Of a stretch of 64,000 bases of DNA, positions 1-10,033 are shown piece by piece. A model generated the notes under the pieces. The model was not told the DNA's origin. It saw only the letters and a list, made by a program, of their open reading frames with translations, and made no database searches. The translations under genes and the position numbers were made by a program. Position 1 is the stretch's first letter. Each line of letters opens with the position of its first letter. This stretch comes from Candidatus Aenigmatarchaeota archaeon (lineage in GTDB: Archaea > Aenigmatarchaeota > Aenigmatarchaeia > GW2011-AR5): assembly GCA_039091535.1 (NCBI GenBank), contig JAWCLW010000001.1, positions 11,881 through 75,880 of the forward strand. Direction: 5' to 3'.

Positions 1-508
1 TAAACAACAAGTAAAAATGATTGCAAAAAAACTTTCAAAAGAAAAGATAGATGTAATATATTCAAGTGATTTGCAGAGATGTAAAAGTACAACAAATGAG
101 ATTGCAAAAACTCTAAAACTTCGCATCCCAATACATTATACCCATGAACTTAGGGAAAGGAACTTTGGTGTCTTCGAAGGTAAAAAGAGAGAGACATTAC
201 ACAAATATAGAGAAAAATTAGGTATACCACATCATGTCTTTAAGCCAGATGGTGGTGAAAGTTATGTCGATGTTCAGAAAAGAATTATTAAATTTTTTAA
301 TAAAATAAAAAGAAAATATAAAAACAAAACAGTAGTTTTTATTACACATGGAGGTATAATAAAGGTATTATTATTTTATTTAATGAACAAAAGCCTTGAA
401 AGATGGAATGAATATAAAATAGAAAATGCAAGCATAAGTATTATCGAATTTAAGCCTGATTCAAAAATAAAGCTTATAAATTATACAGACCATTTATTAA
501 AGAAATAA
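1..508 (+). CDS. Histidine phosphatase superfamily (PGAM/CobC-like) protein, 5'-partial: the RHG catalytic motif lies upstream of the window
   Basis: ORF is open to the window start; matches the IYSSDLQRCKST...VFITHGG core of the phosphoglycerate-mutase-like fold; the N-terminal RHG region is missing. Confidence 0.55.
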   Translation, partial: KQQVKMIAKKLSKEKIDVIYSSDLQRCKSTTNEIAKTLKLRIPIHYTHELRERNFGVFEGKKRETLHKYREKLGIPHHVFKPDGGESYVDVQKRIIKFFNKIKRKYKNKTVVFITHGGIIKVLLFYLMNKSLERWNEYKIENASISIIEFKPDSKIKLINYTDHLLKK

Positions 509-515
509 ATATAAG

Positions 516-824
516 TTGATATTTATGTCAAAGATACAAGAATTCATAGAAAAAAATAAAATAAAGCCTAGTGATTGTATTTATCATACAAACAGAACTG
601 TGAAAAATTCAAAAAAACAATTAACTGGAAAGATCCGTGTTCTTGTTGCAAAAAGTGATATGATTGCACGATGCGAATATATATGCCCTGAATGTAAACA
701 TGAAGGTTACAAAGAAACAGAATGGAAAAGACCATTCTATGTGAAATGTGAAAAATGTAATTTTAAAATAAGTGTACCAAGAATGCGAGATGAAGCAAAA
801 AAAGAGATGAAAAGTGATATGTAA
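516..824 (+). CDS. Small Zn-ribbon protein (CPEC...CEKC), function unknown
   Basis: 102-aa ORF with two CxxC pairs 18 residues apart; basic and K-rich. Confidence 0.35.
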   Translation: MIFMSKIQEFIEKNKIKPSDCIYHTNRTVKNSKKQLTGKIRVLVAKSDMIARCEYICPECKHEGYKETEWKRPFYVKCEKCNFKISVPRMRDEAKKEMKSDM

Positions 825-1221
825 TTGATTTTTATTAAAATACCTGTTCAAAAACAGTAGTATTTTTATATTCAGAATTCCATGTATTCATCCACTATTT
901 GAAAATAGTAGAATCCTAAAATTTAAAGAACTATTATTCTCAATTTGAAGTGTACTAATGCAAAGACCGCAATTGCTTCTTTTAGATTAACCATTACTTG
1001 GCTTGGCACCAAAAACAATGAAAGAAATTTTTGAAAAAATAAAAGAAATAAATACGATATATCCATTATTATTGTTGAACAGAATACAAAACAGCAGTTA
1101 ATATAGATAATAGGACATATATTCTAGAAGATGGAAAAATTGTATTAAAAGTGGTAAAGAAATCCTAAAAGATAAAAAATAAAGAATATCTATTTTGATG
1201 AAAGATAAAATAAATATATTT

Positions 1222-1596
1222 CTAACACATCACTTTTGTCATCATTTTCTTATATAATTTATCAATATTTTTCTTGTTAACAACGTTGTGATACTTGAAG
1301 CCACCACCAAATGCTTTTGGGATATGCATAAGTTCGTGAATTAATGTCTTTGTTTTTTCTTCCTCACTCATTTTATCAAATCTCTCTGAAATAATCTCTA
1401 TAACATAATGTGTCTTTATATTTAATGCAAACTGCATTATCCTTGGTAATGAATGACATCTCGCAATAACATATTTGCTTTTTGAGCCATAACTACGTAC
1501 ACAAACAATTCTGGAGAAATCGTGATTTATTTTCAACCTTCTAGCAATATTCCTTATTTGTAAATCTATATCTGGTGCGAGAGTATATTTTATCAT
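1222..1596 (-). CDS. Predicted HExxH zinc metallopeptidase-like protein
   Basis: HELMHIPKAFGGGFKYH motif (HExxH plus a downstream His); 124 aa. Confidence 0.45.
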   Translation of the reverse strand: MIKYTLAPDIDLQIRNIARRLKINHDFSRIVCVRSYGSKSKYVIARCHSLPRIMQFALNIKTHYVIEIISERFDKMSEEEKTKTLIHELMHIPKAFGGGFKYHNVVNKKNIDKLYKKMMTKVMC

Positions 1597-1654
1597 AATT
1601 TTTATTTTTTGTAATAAAAGAATAAAAATATATAAAAAAAATATTTATTTATTT

Positions 1655-1726
1655 GCCTCGATAGCTCAGTTGGTAGAGCATGTCCTTGGTAAGGACAAGG
1701 TCGCGAGTTCAATCCTCGCTCGAGGC
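1655..1726 (+). tRNA. tRNA-Thr (anticodon GGT), no intron, CCA not encoded
   Basis: Cloverleaf: acceptor gcctcga/tcgaggc, D arm gctc-agttggta-gagc, anticodon arm tgtcc-ttGGTaa-ggaca, T arm gcgag-ttcaatc-ctcgc. Confidence 0.9.
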
Positions 1727-1790
1727 TTTAATTTTTCATTTTTTAATCTTTAAATCTTACCAAAAACAAAAATAAAAGAGGTGAAATTAG

Positions 1791-2021
1791 ATGAAGGGTT
1801 GCTATAACTTTTCAGGAAAATTCTTTCTTGGGATAATATGCGCAGCGATATTTGGCTCACTATTCGTGGCAAGCATAGTCCATGGGTTTGTTGTCCAAGT
1901 AACAGGCGAGACGCAAACAGCCATAGTTTTTTATTTTGTTGGTTTTCTGTTGTTGGCCATAACAAAGATATGCATACAAATAACCAAGGAACCTGTCAAC
2001 GTTGCAAAGAAAAAGAAGTAA
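1791..2021 (+). CDS. Small two-TM membrane protein, hypothetical
   Basis: 76-aa ORF with two hydrophobic helices and a K-rich C-terminus; weak. Confidence 0.25.
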   Translation: MKGCYNFSGKFFLGIICAAIFGSLFVASIVHGFVVQVTGETQTAIVFYFVGFLLLAITKICIQITKEPVNVAKKKK

Positions 2022-2127
2022 TTTAACTTTTTCTTTATTTTTTCTTTGTTCACAATAAATTACGTAAAAATTACGAAATGTAATATTTATAAATAACTAA
2101 AAAAATATATATAAATAAGGTAATTAT

Positions 2128-3543
2128 ATGAGAAAATTATTGTTGTTTGTATTATTTCTTCTGATAGCCAATGTAGTTTTTGCTTTCGAGATAAGTGCAC
2201 CTGAGGGTACAATAGACATAGGTACAGGTAGCACAAAGATTATTAACATAAATCTTACAAGCAACAAGGATGATGATATCACATTTAGTTTTGTAGATGG
2301 AAAGACGTGGATTAATCTGGATGTACAAAAAATTAAAATAAATGCGGGTGAAATAAAAACTGTAAAGGTTTATATTTCACCTTTTTTCACAACACAGTTT
2401 GGACTTTATAAGATCGGTATTGTTGCCGAATCTACGATAAGCAAAGAAACTAAAAAAGCAGATATATTCATTAATGTAAAACGTGGTGAATATATTTACA
2501 TAGACAAGGTTACTGTAAGCGGAAATCTTGAGCCAAAAGGATATGCAAAAATAGAGACAACAATAAAAAATTATAAGTTAAAAACAGTAAATGATATATA
2601 TGTACATACAATTGTTTCATCCCCATTAAGGAAATTATTGGACACAACAATAAAGATAGATAAACTTGATCCAGATGAATCAAAAACAATTGAAAATATT
2701 ATTAATTTTGATAGGCTTGCTGAACCAGGTACATACAACGTAAAAATAATATCAGAATATATGAATGAAAAAAATGAATATGAACAAACATTTGCAGTCA
2801 TAAAAAAAAGTGTAATAACAAAACAATATGAAAAATTTCCATTACTTCTTGGATACGGAAAAACTATAAGAGTAAGAAATGATGGTAATGAAGTTGGTGA
2901 TGAAATTGTTTATGATGATGTGCCAAAATTTGATTCTATATTCTTTTATGGAGATGAACCAACACAAAAGGAAGATGGACGCTATGCATGGAAAATAAAA
3001 GATATAAAACCAGATGAAGAAAAAACAATAACATATTACATAGATTATTCACCATTATTTGTTTTCGTACTAGCAATAATTATAGTTTTTTGGTTCTTTT
3101 TCTATAAATATAGAACTGTAAGAATTAGTAAATTTATTTTAAATAAGAAACACATCGAAGAGGGTGAGGAGTTTACAGTATGTATAAATGTTTATAATGG
3201 TTTAAAGAAACTGGACGAAATTTTGGTACATGATTTTGTCCCATCGATATTTAAAATAAAGGATACAGAAGGACCTGTACCACATAAAAAGACAACAAAT
3301 ATAGGAACAGAATTAACATGGAAATTAAAAGATGTTAAAAGTCATGAAACAAGAATATTAACATATAAAATAATACCAATATTTGGAGTACATGGTACAA
3401 TAAGATTGCCAGAAGCATCTGCAGAATTCAAGTTCGGCAAAAAGTTTGTAAAAAATATCTCAGGATCCCCATCAATTGGTTTAGTTGAAAGTGAAGAAAC
3501 AAAAATAAAATTACTAAGAAGTAAATTTATTTCCAGGAAATAG
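2128..3543 (+). CDS. Secreted/membrane beta-rich protein (signal peptide, CARDB/Ig-like repeats, internal TM helix, C-terminal beta domain)
   Basis: N-terminal signal peptide MRKLLLFVLFLLIANVVFA; repeated beta-strand-rich segments; TM helix PLFVFVLAIIIVFWFFFY followed by KYRTVR. Confidence 0.6.
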   Translation: MRKLLLFVLFLLIANVVFAFEISAPEGTIDIGTGSTKIININLTSNKDDDITFSFVDGKTWINLDVQKIKINAGEIKTVKVYISPFFTTQFGLYKIGIVAESTISKETKKADIFINVKRGEYIYIDKVTVSGNLEPKGYAKIETTIKNYKLKTVNDIYVHTIVSSPLRKLLDTTIKIDKLDPDESKTIENIINFDRLAEPGTYNVKIISEYMNEKNEYEQTFAVIKKSVITKQYEKFPLLLGYGKTIRVRNDGNEVGDEIVYDDVPKFDSIFFYGDEPTQKEDGRYAWKIKDIKPDEEKTITYYIDYSPLFVFVLAIIIVFWFFFYKYRTVRISKFILNKKHIEEGEEFTVCINVYNGLKKLDEILVHDFVPSIFKIKDTEGPVPHKKTTNIGTELTWKLKDVKSHETRILTYKIIPIFGVHGTIRLPEASAEFKFGKKFVKNISGSPSIGLVESEETKIKLLRSKFISRK

Positions 3544-3641
3544 TGCTTTTAATGAATAAAATGAACAATCCTTCTTTAATGTCACATTAATAAACATCAA
3601 TTTTAAATAAATAGACAATTCTTAATTTTATAGTTAAATTT

Positions 3642-3772
3642 CCCCTGATAGCTCAATGGTGCAACAAAATGCATTAAAGAGCGCGTGGCTGTAGACGAGC
3701 TCTATTGAGCTTGTCACCAGTAGGTGCTCGGAAATTACCATGAGGTTGGGAGTTCGAATCTCCCTCAGGGGA
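3642..3772 (+). tRNA. tRNA-Tyr (anticodon GTA) with C1:G72 pair and two predicted introns (about 16 nt in the D-loop, 42 nt at 37/38)
   Basis: Acceptor cccctga/tcagggg+A73 (C1-G72 is the archaeal Tyr identity pair); U8 A9; D stem gctc...gagc separated by 24 nt; anticodon stem cgtgg/ccatg enclosing ctGTAga plus 42 extra nt with a cgagc/gctcg helix; T arm gggag-ttcgaat-ctccc. Confidence 0.75.
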
Positions 3773-3860
3773 CTTAATTTAACTTTAAAAAGATTTGTTA
3801 ATATTTTAAGGTATAATGAGTTGATTATTCAACTTATCATTAAAAAATGGGGGTTATTTT

Positions 3861-5126
3861 ATGGCTGAGAAGAAACCACATTTGAACTTAGTAACCATTG
3901 GTCATGTTGACCATGGTAAATCTACACTTGTTGGTAGATTATTATACGATACAGGAGCTGTCAGAGATGAACAGATGAGAAAGTTAAAAGAGCTTGCAAA
4001 AGAACTAAAGAAAGAGACATTCGAGTTTGCATTCGTAATGGATAAGCTTAAGGAAGAAAGAGAAAGAGGATTGACAATAGACATCATGCATCAGAGATTT
4101 GATACACCGAAGTATTATTTTACAATCATAGATGCACCAGGTCATAGAGATTTTGTCAAGAACATGATTACAGGGACTTCACAAGCAGATGGTGCAATCC
4201 TTGTTGTTTCAGCAAAAGAAGGTATTCAAGAACAGACAAAAGAACATGCATATCTTGCTAAGGTCTTAGGTGTGAACCAAATGATTGTAGCAATAAATAA
4301 AATGGACGCAGTAAAATACGATGAATCAAAATTCAAAGAAACAAAAGAAGCAGTGGAAAAATTATTGAAAGGTGTTGGCTTTAAGGTAGAAGAAATACCT
4401 TTTGTACCTACATCAGGTTTCATGGGTGATAATGTTGCAAAGAAATCAGAAAATATGCCATGGTACAAAGGACCTACTATAGTAGAAGCACTTGATTTGT
4501 TTAAAGTACCTGAACAGCCAATAGATAAACCACTAAGACTTCCAGTACAAGATGTTTATACAATAACAGGTGTTGGTACAGTTCCAGTAGGACGCGTTGA
4601 AACAGGTATAATGAAACCAAATGACAAGATTATTTTTGTCCCTTCAGGTGCTCAGGGTGAGGTAAAAAGTATAGAAATGCATCATGAACAAATACCAGAA
4701 GCGCGTCCAGGTGATAATGTTGGCTTCAATGTACGTGGAATAGGAAAAGGTGATGTAAAGCGTGGTGATGTTGTCTGTCATCCACAAACAGCAGCAAAAC
4801 CAGTAAAAGAGTTCACTGCTCAGATTATTGTACTAAATCATCCGAGTGTAATAAGCAAAGGTTATACACCAGTTTTCCATGTGCATACAGCACAGGTTGC
4901 ATGTACAATAACAGAAATACTTAAAAAACTTGATCCAAAAACAGGTGCAGTTATTCAGGAAAATCCTGATTATATAAAAACTGGAGATGCAGCTATTGTA
5001 AAGGTTAAACCATCAAAACCTTTGGTAATAGAGAAACAATCAGATATCCCACAAATGGCAAGATTTGCAATACGCGATATGGGTCAAACAGTGGCTGCAG
5101 GCATTTGCATAGATACTGTCGTATAA
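3861..5126 (+). CDS. tuf: Translation elongation factor 1-alpha (aEF-1A)
   Basis: [17 protein letters not shown] and NKMD GTPase motifs; 421 aa; followed by S10 as in the conserved archaeal arrangement. Confidence 0.97.
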   Translation: MAEKKPHLNLVTIGHVDHGKSTLVGRLLYDTGAVRDEQMRKLKELAKELKKETFEFAFVMDKLKEERERGLTIDIMHQRFDTPKYYFTIIDAPGHRDFVKNMITGTSQADGAILVVSAKEGIQEQTKEHAYLAKVLGVNQMIVAINKMDAVKYDESKFKETKEAVEKLLKGVGFKVEEIPFVPTSGFMGDNVAKKSENMPWYKGPTIVEALDLFKVPEQPIDKPLRLPVQDVYTITGVGTVPVGRVETGIMKPNDKIIFVPSGAQGEVKSIEMHHEQIPEARPGDNVGFNVRGIGKGDVKRGDVVCHPQTAAKPVKEFTAQIIVLNHPSVISKGYTPVFHVHTAQVACTITEILKKLDPKTGAVIQENPDYIKTGDAAIVKVKPSKPLVIEKQSDIPQMARFAIRDMGQTVAAGICIDTVV

Positions 5127-5220
5127 TTTTAATATTTTTATTTTATTTCCTTTTTATTTAAAAATAGAGAGAATTCATCAATCGATGATTTTTTATATTT
5201 AACTAATTATGTTATATTTC

Positions 5221-5547
5221 ATGAATATTGCACGCATAAAACTTACAGGAAGAGATCCAAAACAATTAGATGAGTTATGTAGAGAAATTAAGGATATCGC
5301 TGAAAAGATAGGTGTATCTGTTTCTGGTCCAATACCATTGCCAACAAAGAAATTAAGAATACCTGTCATGAAAACACCATGTGGTGATGGTATGCATCGT
5401 GGCGGTGGTGGTGGAAACTGGGAGACATGGGAGATGCGTATACACAAGCGCATACTTGATGTTGGTGCAAATGATCGAGTTCTGAGACAAATAACAAGGA
5501 TTAAGATTCCTCATGATGTTAATATTGAAGTTGAATTGACAGATTAA
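5221..5547 (+). CDS. rps10: Ribosomal protein S10 (uS10)
   Basis: ARIKLTG...GPIPLPTK...EMRIHKRILDV signature; start chosen at the internal Met, the ORF track starts at 5209; carries a Gly5 insertion (HRGGGGGNWE). Confidence 0.9.
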   Translation: MNIARIKLTGRDPKQLDELCREIKDIAEKIGVSVSGPIPLPTKKLRIPVMKTPCGDGMHRGGGGGNWETWEMRIHKRILDVGANDRVLRQITRIKIPHDVNIEVELTD

Positions 5548-5676
5548 GTTGATCTTTTTTTAATTATTTTTGAAAATGAGTGTTTATACTCATATATATA
5601 ACATTAAAAGTTATGTTGCGAAACGAAAGTAAAAATATATAAATTCATATTACTAATAAAAATCAAGTGATTTTTC

Positions 5677-6354
5677 ATGAACCTGATATTTTTTGGTCCA
5701 CCAGGCTCTGGAAAAGGAACATACGCATCAAGAGTTTCATCATCACTAGCCATAGCACATATATCAACAGGTGATATGTTCCGTGCAGAAGTTAATGCAA
5801 ACACAAAATTGGGAAAATTAGCTGATAAATACATGAAAGCTGGAAAACTTGTTCCTGACAAAATAACAATAAACATGCTAAAAAAAAGAATAAAAAAACC
5901 TGACTGTAAAAACGGCTTTATTTTAGATGGTTTCCCAAGAACAATAGCACAAATGAAAGCTTTAGAAAAAATTGTAAAAATAGATTTGGTGCTAAATTTT
6001 AAACTTCCAGAAAAAATGATAATACAAAAAACACTTGCAAGAAGGGTTTGCGAAAAATGTGGGGCTATATATAATATTGCCGATATAAAGGTTAAAAATA
6101 TACATCTGCCACCACTTCTTCCAAAAAAAGATGGTATCTGTGATAAATGTGGTGGTCATTTAATACAAAGAAAGGATGATAATATAAAAACAATAAAAGA
6201 TCGTCTAAATATTTATAAAAAACAGACAAAACCTCTTTTAGAATACTATAAAAAGAAAAGATTAATGAAAAATATAAATGTAATTGGCCCACCTGAAGTA
6301 ATGGTGCCAATAATTATTGATGAGATAAAGAAGAATTTTGAAACAAATATATGA
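5677..6354 (+). CDS. adk: Adenylate kinase, long bacterial-type with Zn-binding lid
   Basis: P-loop GPPGSGKGT; lid CEKCG...CDKCGG (CxxC...CxxC); 225 aa. Confidence 0.9.
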   Translation: MNLIFFGPPGSGKGTYASRVSSSLAIAHISTGDMFRAEVNANTKLGKLADKYMKAGKLVPDKITINMLKKRIKKPDCKNGFILDGFPRTIAQMKALEKIVKIDLVLNFKLPEKMIIQKTLARRVCEKCGAIYNIADIKVKNIHLPPLLPKKDGICDKCGGHLIQRKDDNIKTIKDRLNIYKKQTKPLLEYYKKKRLMKNINVIGPPEVMVPIIIDEIKKNFETNI

Positions 6355-6658
6355 TTTATTGATTAATTTTTGATTATTTCTTTCATAATTTTTTCTATTC
6401 TCTTTACTCTTTCTTTTACTGGTATTGTTATTGGTTTGTATCAACTTTCGAATATATTTAATAAATAATGTTATGTATATTCAAAGCTTCTTCTACACTC
6501 TCAACTCTTATACCATCTTTCTTATAATGGTAGCATATCAAGAATGAATACAATATCATATTTTATCTTTTTTTGTCACATCGATTATCTCTTTTGGTGG
6601 TTTTATTTTTCTGAAATAGTAATAAGCAAGACAATCAACAACCCCTCTATCTAAAAAA

Positions 6659-6895
6659 ACAATTTTTGTATTTTTATTGGATCATGTACAGGAAAGACAG
6701 AAACAATCAAAATGTTTGAGAAAAAAAGGATATTATGTTGTACGCGAATTTGCTACAGAGATAATAAAGAAACAGAAGGCATACGGCGGTGATTTATTTC
6801 CACATACAAAACCATTAGAATTTCAATTAGAGTGTTTAAGAAGACAACTCGAAAAAGAAAATAAAACACCTACAACACGAAACATATTTTTATAA
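6659..6895 (+). pseudogene. AAA_28-family P-loop ATPase, frameshifted remnant
   Basis: Walker A GSCTGKTE at 6679-6702 is in a different frame from the downstream KKGYYVVREF...GGD...FQLECLRRQLE ORF; the join is at an A7 homopolymer near 6720-6727; no start codon in the P-loop frame after the stop at 6652. Confidence 0.5.
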
Positions 6896-6908
6896 ATTGA
6901 AATAAAAA

Positions 6909-7538
6909 TTATTTGAAAATTTCCCCCGTTTCCATTGACCAGAATAATAAATCAAGATGTGATAATGGTATGTTTATTTTTTTAGAAAATTCTATCATTT
7001 TCTTTTCTATTTCTAGATATTTCTTTTTTGTAAGTGTTTTTGGTATTTCATCGATCACGTTATGTTTTTTCAAATTTCTTAAAATATGTCTATCTAAGAT
7101 TGTAATATCATTGTAAAATCCAATATTTCTTAGAAAATGACTTGCCTCCTTCATGCCAAAACCTTTTATATTTTTTGCAAGATATTCTCGCATACTATTG
7201 ATATCATTAAATCTTTCTAATTTTTCTTTAATTTTTATTTTACCATTTTTAGAAAAGAAATTTCTTGCACTAATAATATATTTTGCTTTGTTATTATGAA
7301 ATCGTACGCCAACAAGATATCTTGCAATATCATTCTCATCTCCAACATACAACAACTTATTTTTAACCAATTTCTCAATCGCTTCCCAACATATTTTTGC
7401 TTTTGATTGTGGTGTGAGTAAACAAAAACATAATTCAGCAAAAATTTCTTTGTCTGATTGTTTATAATTTTTTCTAAATTTATTAAGATGTTTTTCTATT
7501 TCTCCTTTCTTTTTCTGATAGACTTCTTGTAATTTCAT
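6909..7538 (-). CDS. ogg: 8-oxoguanine DNA glycosylase/AP lyase, archaeal Ogg2-type (HhH-GPD)
   Basis: GFGMKEASHFLRNIG...ILDRHILR helix-hairpin-helix/GPD motif; 209 aa. Confidence 0.8.
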   Translation of the reverse strand: MKLQEVYQKKKGEIEKHLNKFRKNYKQSDKEIFAELCFCLLTPQSKAKICWEAIEKLVKNKLLYVGDENDIARYLVGVRFHNNKAKYIISARNFFSKNGKIKIKEKLERFNDINSMREYLAKNIKGFGMKEASHFLRNIGFYNDITILDRHILRNLKKHNVIDEIPKTLTKKKYLEIEKKMIEFSKKINIPLSHLDLLFWSMETGEIFK

Positions 7539-7591
7539 ATTTAATGAATAATTAAAAAGATATTAAAAATAATAAAATAGAAAGAATTATT

Positions 7592-8425
7592 ATGTTGATA
7601 ACAAAAGATATTCTCAAAAAAATTTATAAAAAACGTAATGTATGGTCGCATAAAGGTAATTTTGGAAAATTGCTTATAGTTGGTGGCAGTAAGTTATATT
7701 CTGGTTCACCTACACTTGCTGCATTGGCTGCTTATAGATCTGGTTGTGACTTAGTAACAATAATGGCGCCTGAACGTGCTGCAAATATTATTGCAACATT
7801 TTCACCTGATTTAATAACATATCCATTAAAAGGGGATTATCTTAATAAAAATCATTTGAAAGAAATTTTTTCGCTTGCTAAAAATTATGATGCAATTGTA
7901 ATTGGTGGTGGGTTATGCAAAAATAAAGAAACCATATTTTCAGTAAATAAAATATTAAAGAGAATAAGTATACCAATTGTTGTTGATGCAGACGCAATTT
8001 ATGCAATAAAAAATAAATTGGATAAAAATTTTGTACTCACCCCACATGCACATGAATTTTTTGTACTAAGTGGAATAAAATTAAAAAATAATATAAATTA
8101 TATGAAAAAAATTGTTAAAGATACTGCAAAGAAATTTGAATGTGTCATCCTGCTGAAAAGCCATGTAGATATTATATCTGATGGTAAAAAGGTTGCATTA
8201 AATAAGACAGGAAATCCATTCATGACAAAAGGTGGTACAGGTGATACATTAGCAGGTATATGCGGTGCTTTATTAGCAAGAAAAATTAATCCATATTATG
8301 CAGCATGTGCTTCTGCATATATAAATGGAAAAGCAGGTGACTTAGCTGCAAAAAAATATGGTGAAAGTATGTTAGCATCCGATCTATTGAATGAAATAAA
8401 AGATGTGATAAAAAGAAACTCATAA
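7592..8425 (+). CDS. nnrD: ADP-dependent NAD(P)H-hydrate dehydratase (YjeF C-terminal domain)
   Basis: HKGNFGKLLIVGGS...GSPTLAALAAYRSGCDLVTI...GGTGDTLAGI motifs; 277 aa. Confidence 0.85.
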   Translation: MLITKDILKKIYKKRNVWSHKGNFGKLLIVGGSKLYSGSPTLAALAAYRSGCDLVTIMAPERAANIIATFSPDLITYPLKGDYLNKNHLKEIFSLAKNYDAIVIGGGLCKNKETIFSVNKILKRISIPIVVDADAIYAIKNKLDKNFVLTPHAHEFFVLSGIKLKNNINYMKKIVKDTAKKFECVILLKSHVDIISDGKKVALNKTGNPFMTKGGTGDTLAGICGALLARKINPYYAACASAYINGKAGDLAAKKYGESMLASDLLNEIKDVIKRNS

Positions 8426-8536
8426 CTGATAAAATTGTAATTTTTTGATTATTATTTAAGTTTGTAAATTGTGTTTTTGTTGTCTTCTTTAATCTATCTT
8501 GTAGAAAAAGGAATAATTATTGTGGTTTTTTACACT

Positions 8537-10021
8537 TTATCTTTCAATGGTATTAGTTGTTTCAATACCATAAAATGATGTTTCACGACTGCCATGCTCG
8601 CTTAAACGTTCTAAAATTGCATTTTCTCTAAATTCTTTTAAATTTCTACAACCAGCATTACTCATAGACGACTTTACTATATTTGCATCATATTCTATGT
8701 TTGGCTTAAGTCTGCCTCTATATTTTACTATACCTTCAACACCCTCAGGGAAAAATGTTTTAATTGTTTCATGACTATATCTACCTAAATTCATAGCTCT
8801 TCTAGAGCCTTCTCCCCATATCTCTTTGTATTTTATTTCGTTTTCTCTTTCATCTGGTTTATCTATAGGTTTTTTTTCTGCGTCAAGTGGTGTACCCTCA
8901 GCCTCAAAAAATTGATTAAAATATTTACCCATCATCAAAGCATCAGCACCAATTGCCAAAGCTATAACCATATCACCAGTATTTTCTATAGAACCATCCA
9001 TAATAACTGGTATATATTTTCCTGTTTTGTTAAAGTATTCATCTCTTTTATTAACAACTTCTATTAAAGATCTCGCTCCTCCACGACCAACGCGCTTAAC
9101 TTCTGTTGTTGTACAAATAGAACCAATTCCCATTCCAACCTTAATAATATCTGCACCATGAGAAACCAAGCAATCAAAACCTTCCTTTGTTACAATGTTA
9201 CCACCACATATTGGAACATTCGGATATTCTTTTTTGAATTCTTTTATAACATTTACTGCCCAATAATTGTATGCGTCAGATGTATCTATAGAAATTAAAT
9301 CAACACCTGCTTCTATAGCAACATCTACTCGTTTCTTCCAACCTTCGTACGTATCTATGGAAACAGCTATATAGTTTGGTCTATCTTTTTTGAAAGCAAA
9401 TTTAATTAGATGACCTTCATTGTCTAAAATTGGCATAATTTTTTTTCCATTTTTTTCCATATATTCCAAAATTTTATCTTCTGTTGCTGTAATAAGACAA
9501 AAATCAATGTTTTCTCTATTTTTATTTTTTTTCATTAAATCCTTCATCTTTGCATCATTAGGATGCTTTTCCGGACTTATATAATAGAATACACCAAGAT
9601 ATTTTCCATATTCATTTACTATTGGAATTGTTGAGTGTCCATATTTTTTTATTTTTTCTTCATAAACCCTTTCAAATTTATCTTCTGGACCCGCTGTGAT
9701 TATTCCTGGATAATTATGAATTATCAGTTTATCTTTTTTTGCCTTAATATCTTTTATAATTCTAATAATCTCTTCTAATTCTAAAGAACGTGGGAGAAAT
9801 GGTATCATCCCATTTCTTGCCACCTCTAATGCCATTTTGTATCCAGTAACAGAACGCATAGCAGCTGGTATAAATGGGAACTTTAATTTAATCAAAGGGG
9901 AAAGTTCAGTTTCTATATTAATATTTTGTATTATGCAATTCTTATCTGTATAGCTTGGTAAAAGAACATAATCTTTAAAACTTGTTGATCTCTCATCATC
10001 TCCTCTAATTTCTTTTGCCAT
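8537..10021 (-). CDS. guaB: IMP dehydrogenase family protein with CBS pair
   Basis: TIM-barrel IMPDH/GMPR fold with catalytic-loop KVGMGIGSICTTTEV; CBS-like insert; 494 aa. Confidence 0.65.
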   Translation of the reverse strand: MAKEIRGDDERSTSFKDYVLLPSYTDKNCIIQNINIETELSPLIKLKFPFIPAAMRSVTGYKMALEVARNGMIPFLPRSLELEEIIRIIKDIKAKKDKLIIHNYPGIITAGPEDKFERVYEEKIKKYGHSTIPIVNEYGKYLGVFYYISPEKHPNDAKMKDLMKKNKNRENIDFCLITATEDKILEYMEKNGKKIMPILDNEGHLIKFAFKKDRPNYIAVSIDTYEGWKKRVDVAIEAGVDLISIDTSDAYNYWAVNVIKEFKKEYPNVPICGGNIVTKEGFDCLVSHGADIIKVGMGIGSICTTTEVKRVGRGGARSLIEVVNKRDEYFNKTGKYIPVIMDGSIENTGDMVIALAIGADALMMGKYFNQFFEAEGTPLDAEKKPIDKPDERENEIKYKEIWGEGSRRAMNLGRYSHETIKTFFPEGVEGIVKYRGRLKPNIEYDANIVKSSMSNAGCRNLKEFRENAILERLSEHGSRETSFYGIETTNTIER

Positions 10022-10033
10022 AATTGATCGATA

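Noticed and set aside
621-851. Antisense ORF overlapping the 516-824 Zn-ribbon gene
   Set aside because: F/C/T-rich low-complexity translation typical of the reverse strand of an AT-rich coding region; no motif.
827-1221. ~400-bp non-coding gap with a 27-aa ORF and short agtagta repeats
   Set aside because: No conserved structure, repeat array or motif; likely spacer/promoter DNA.
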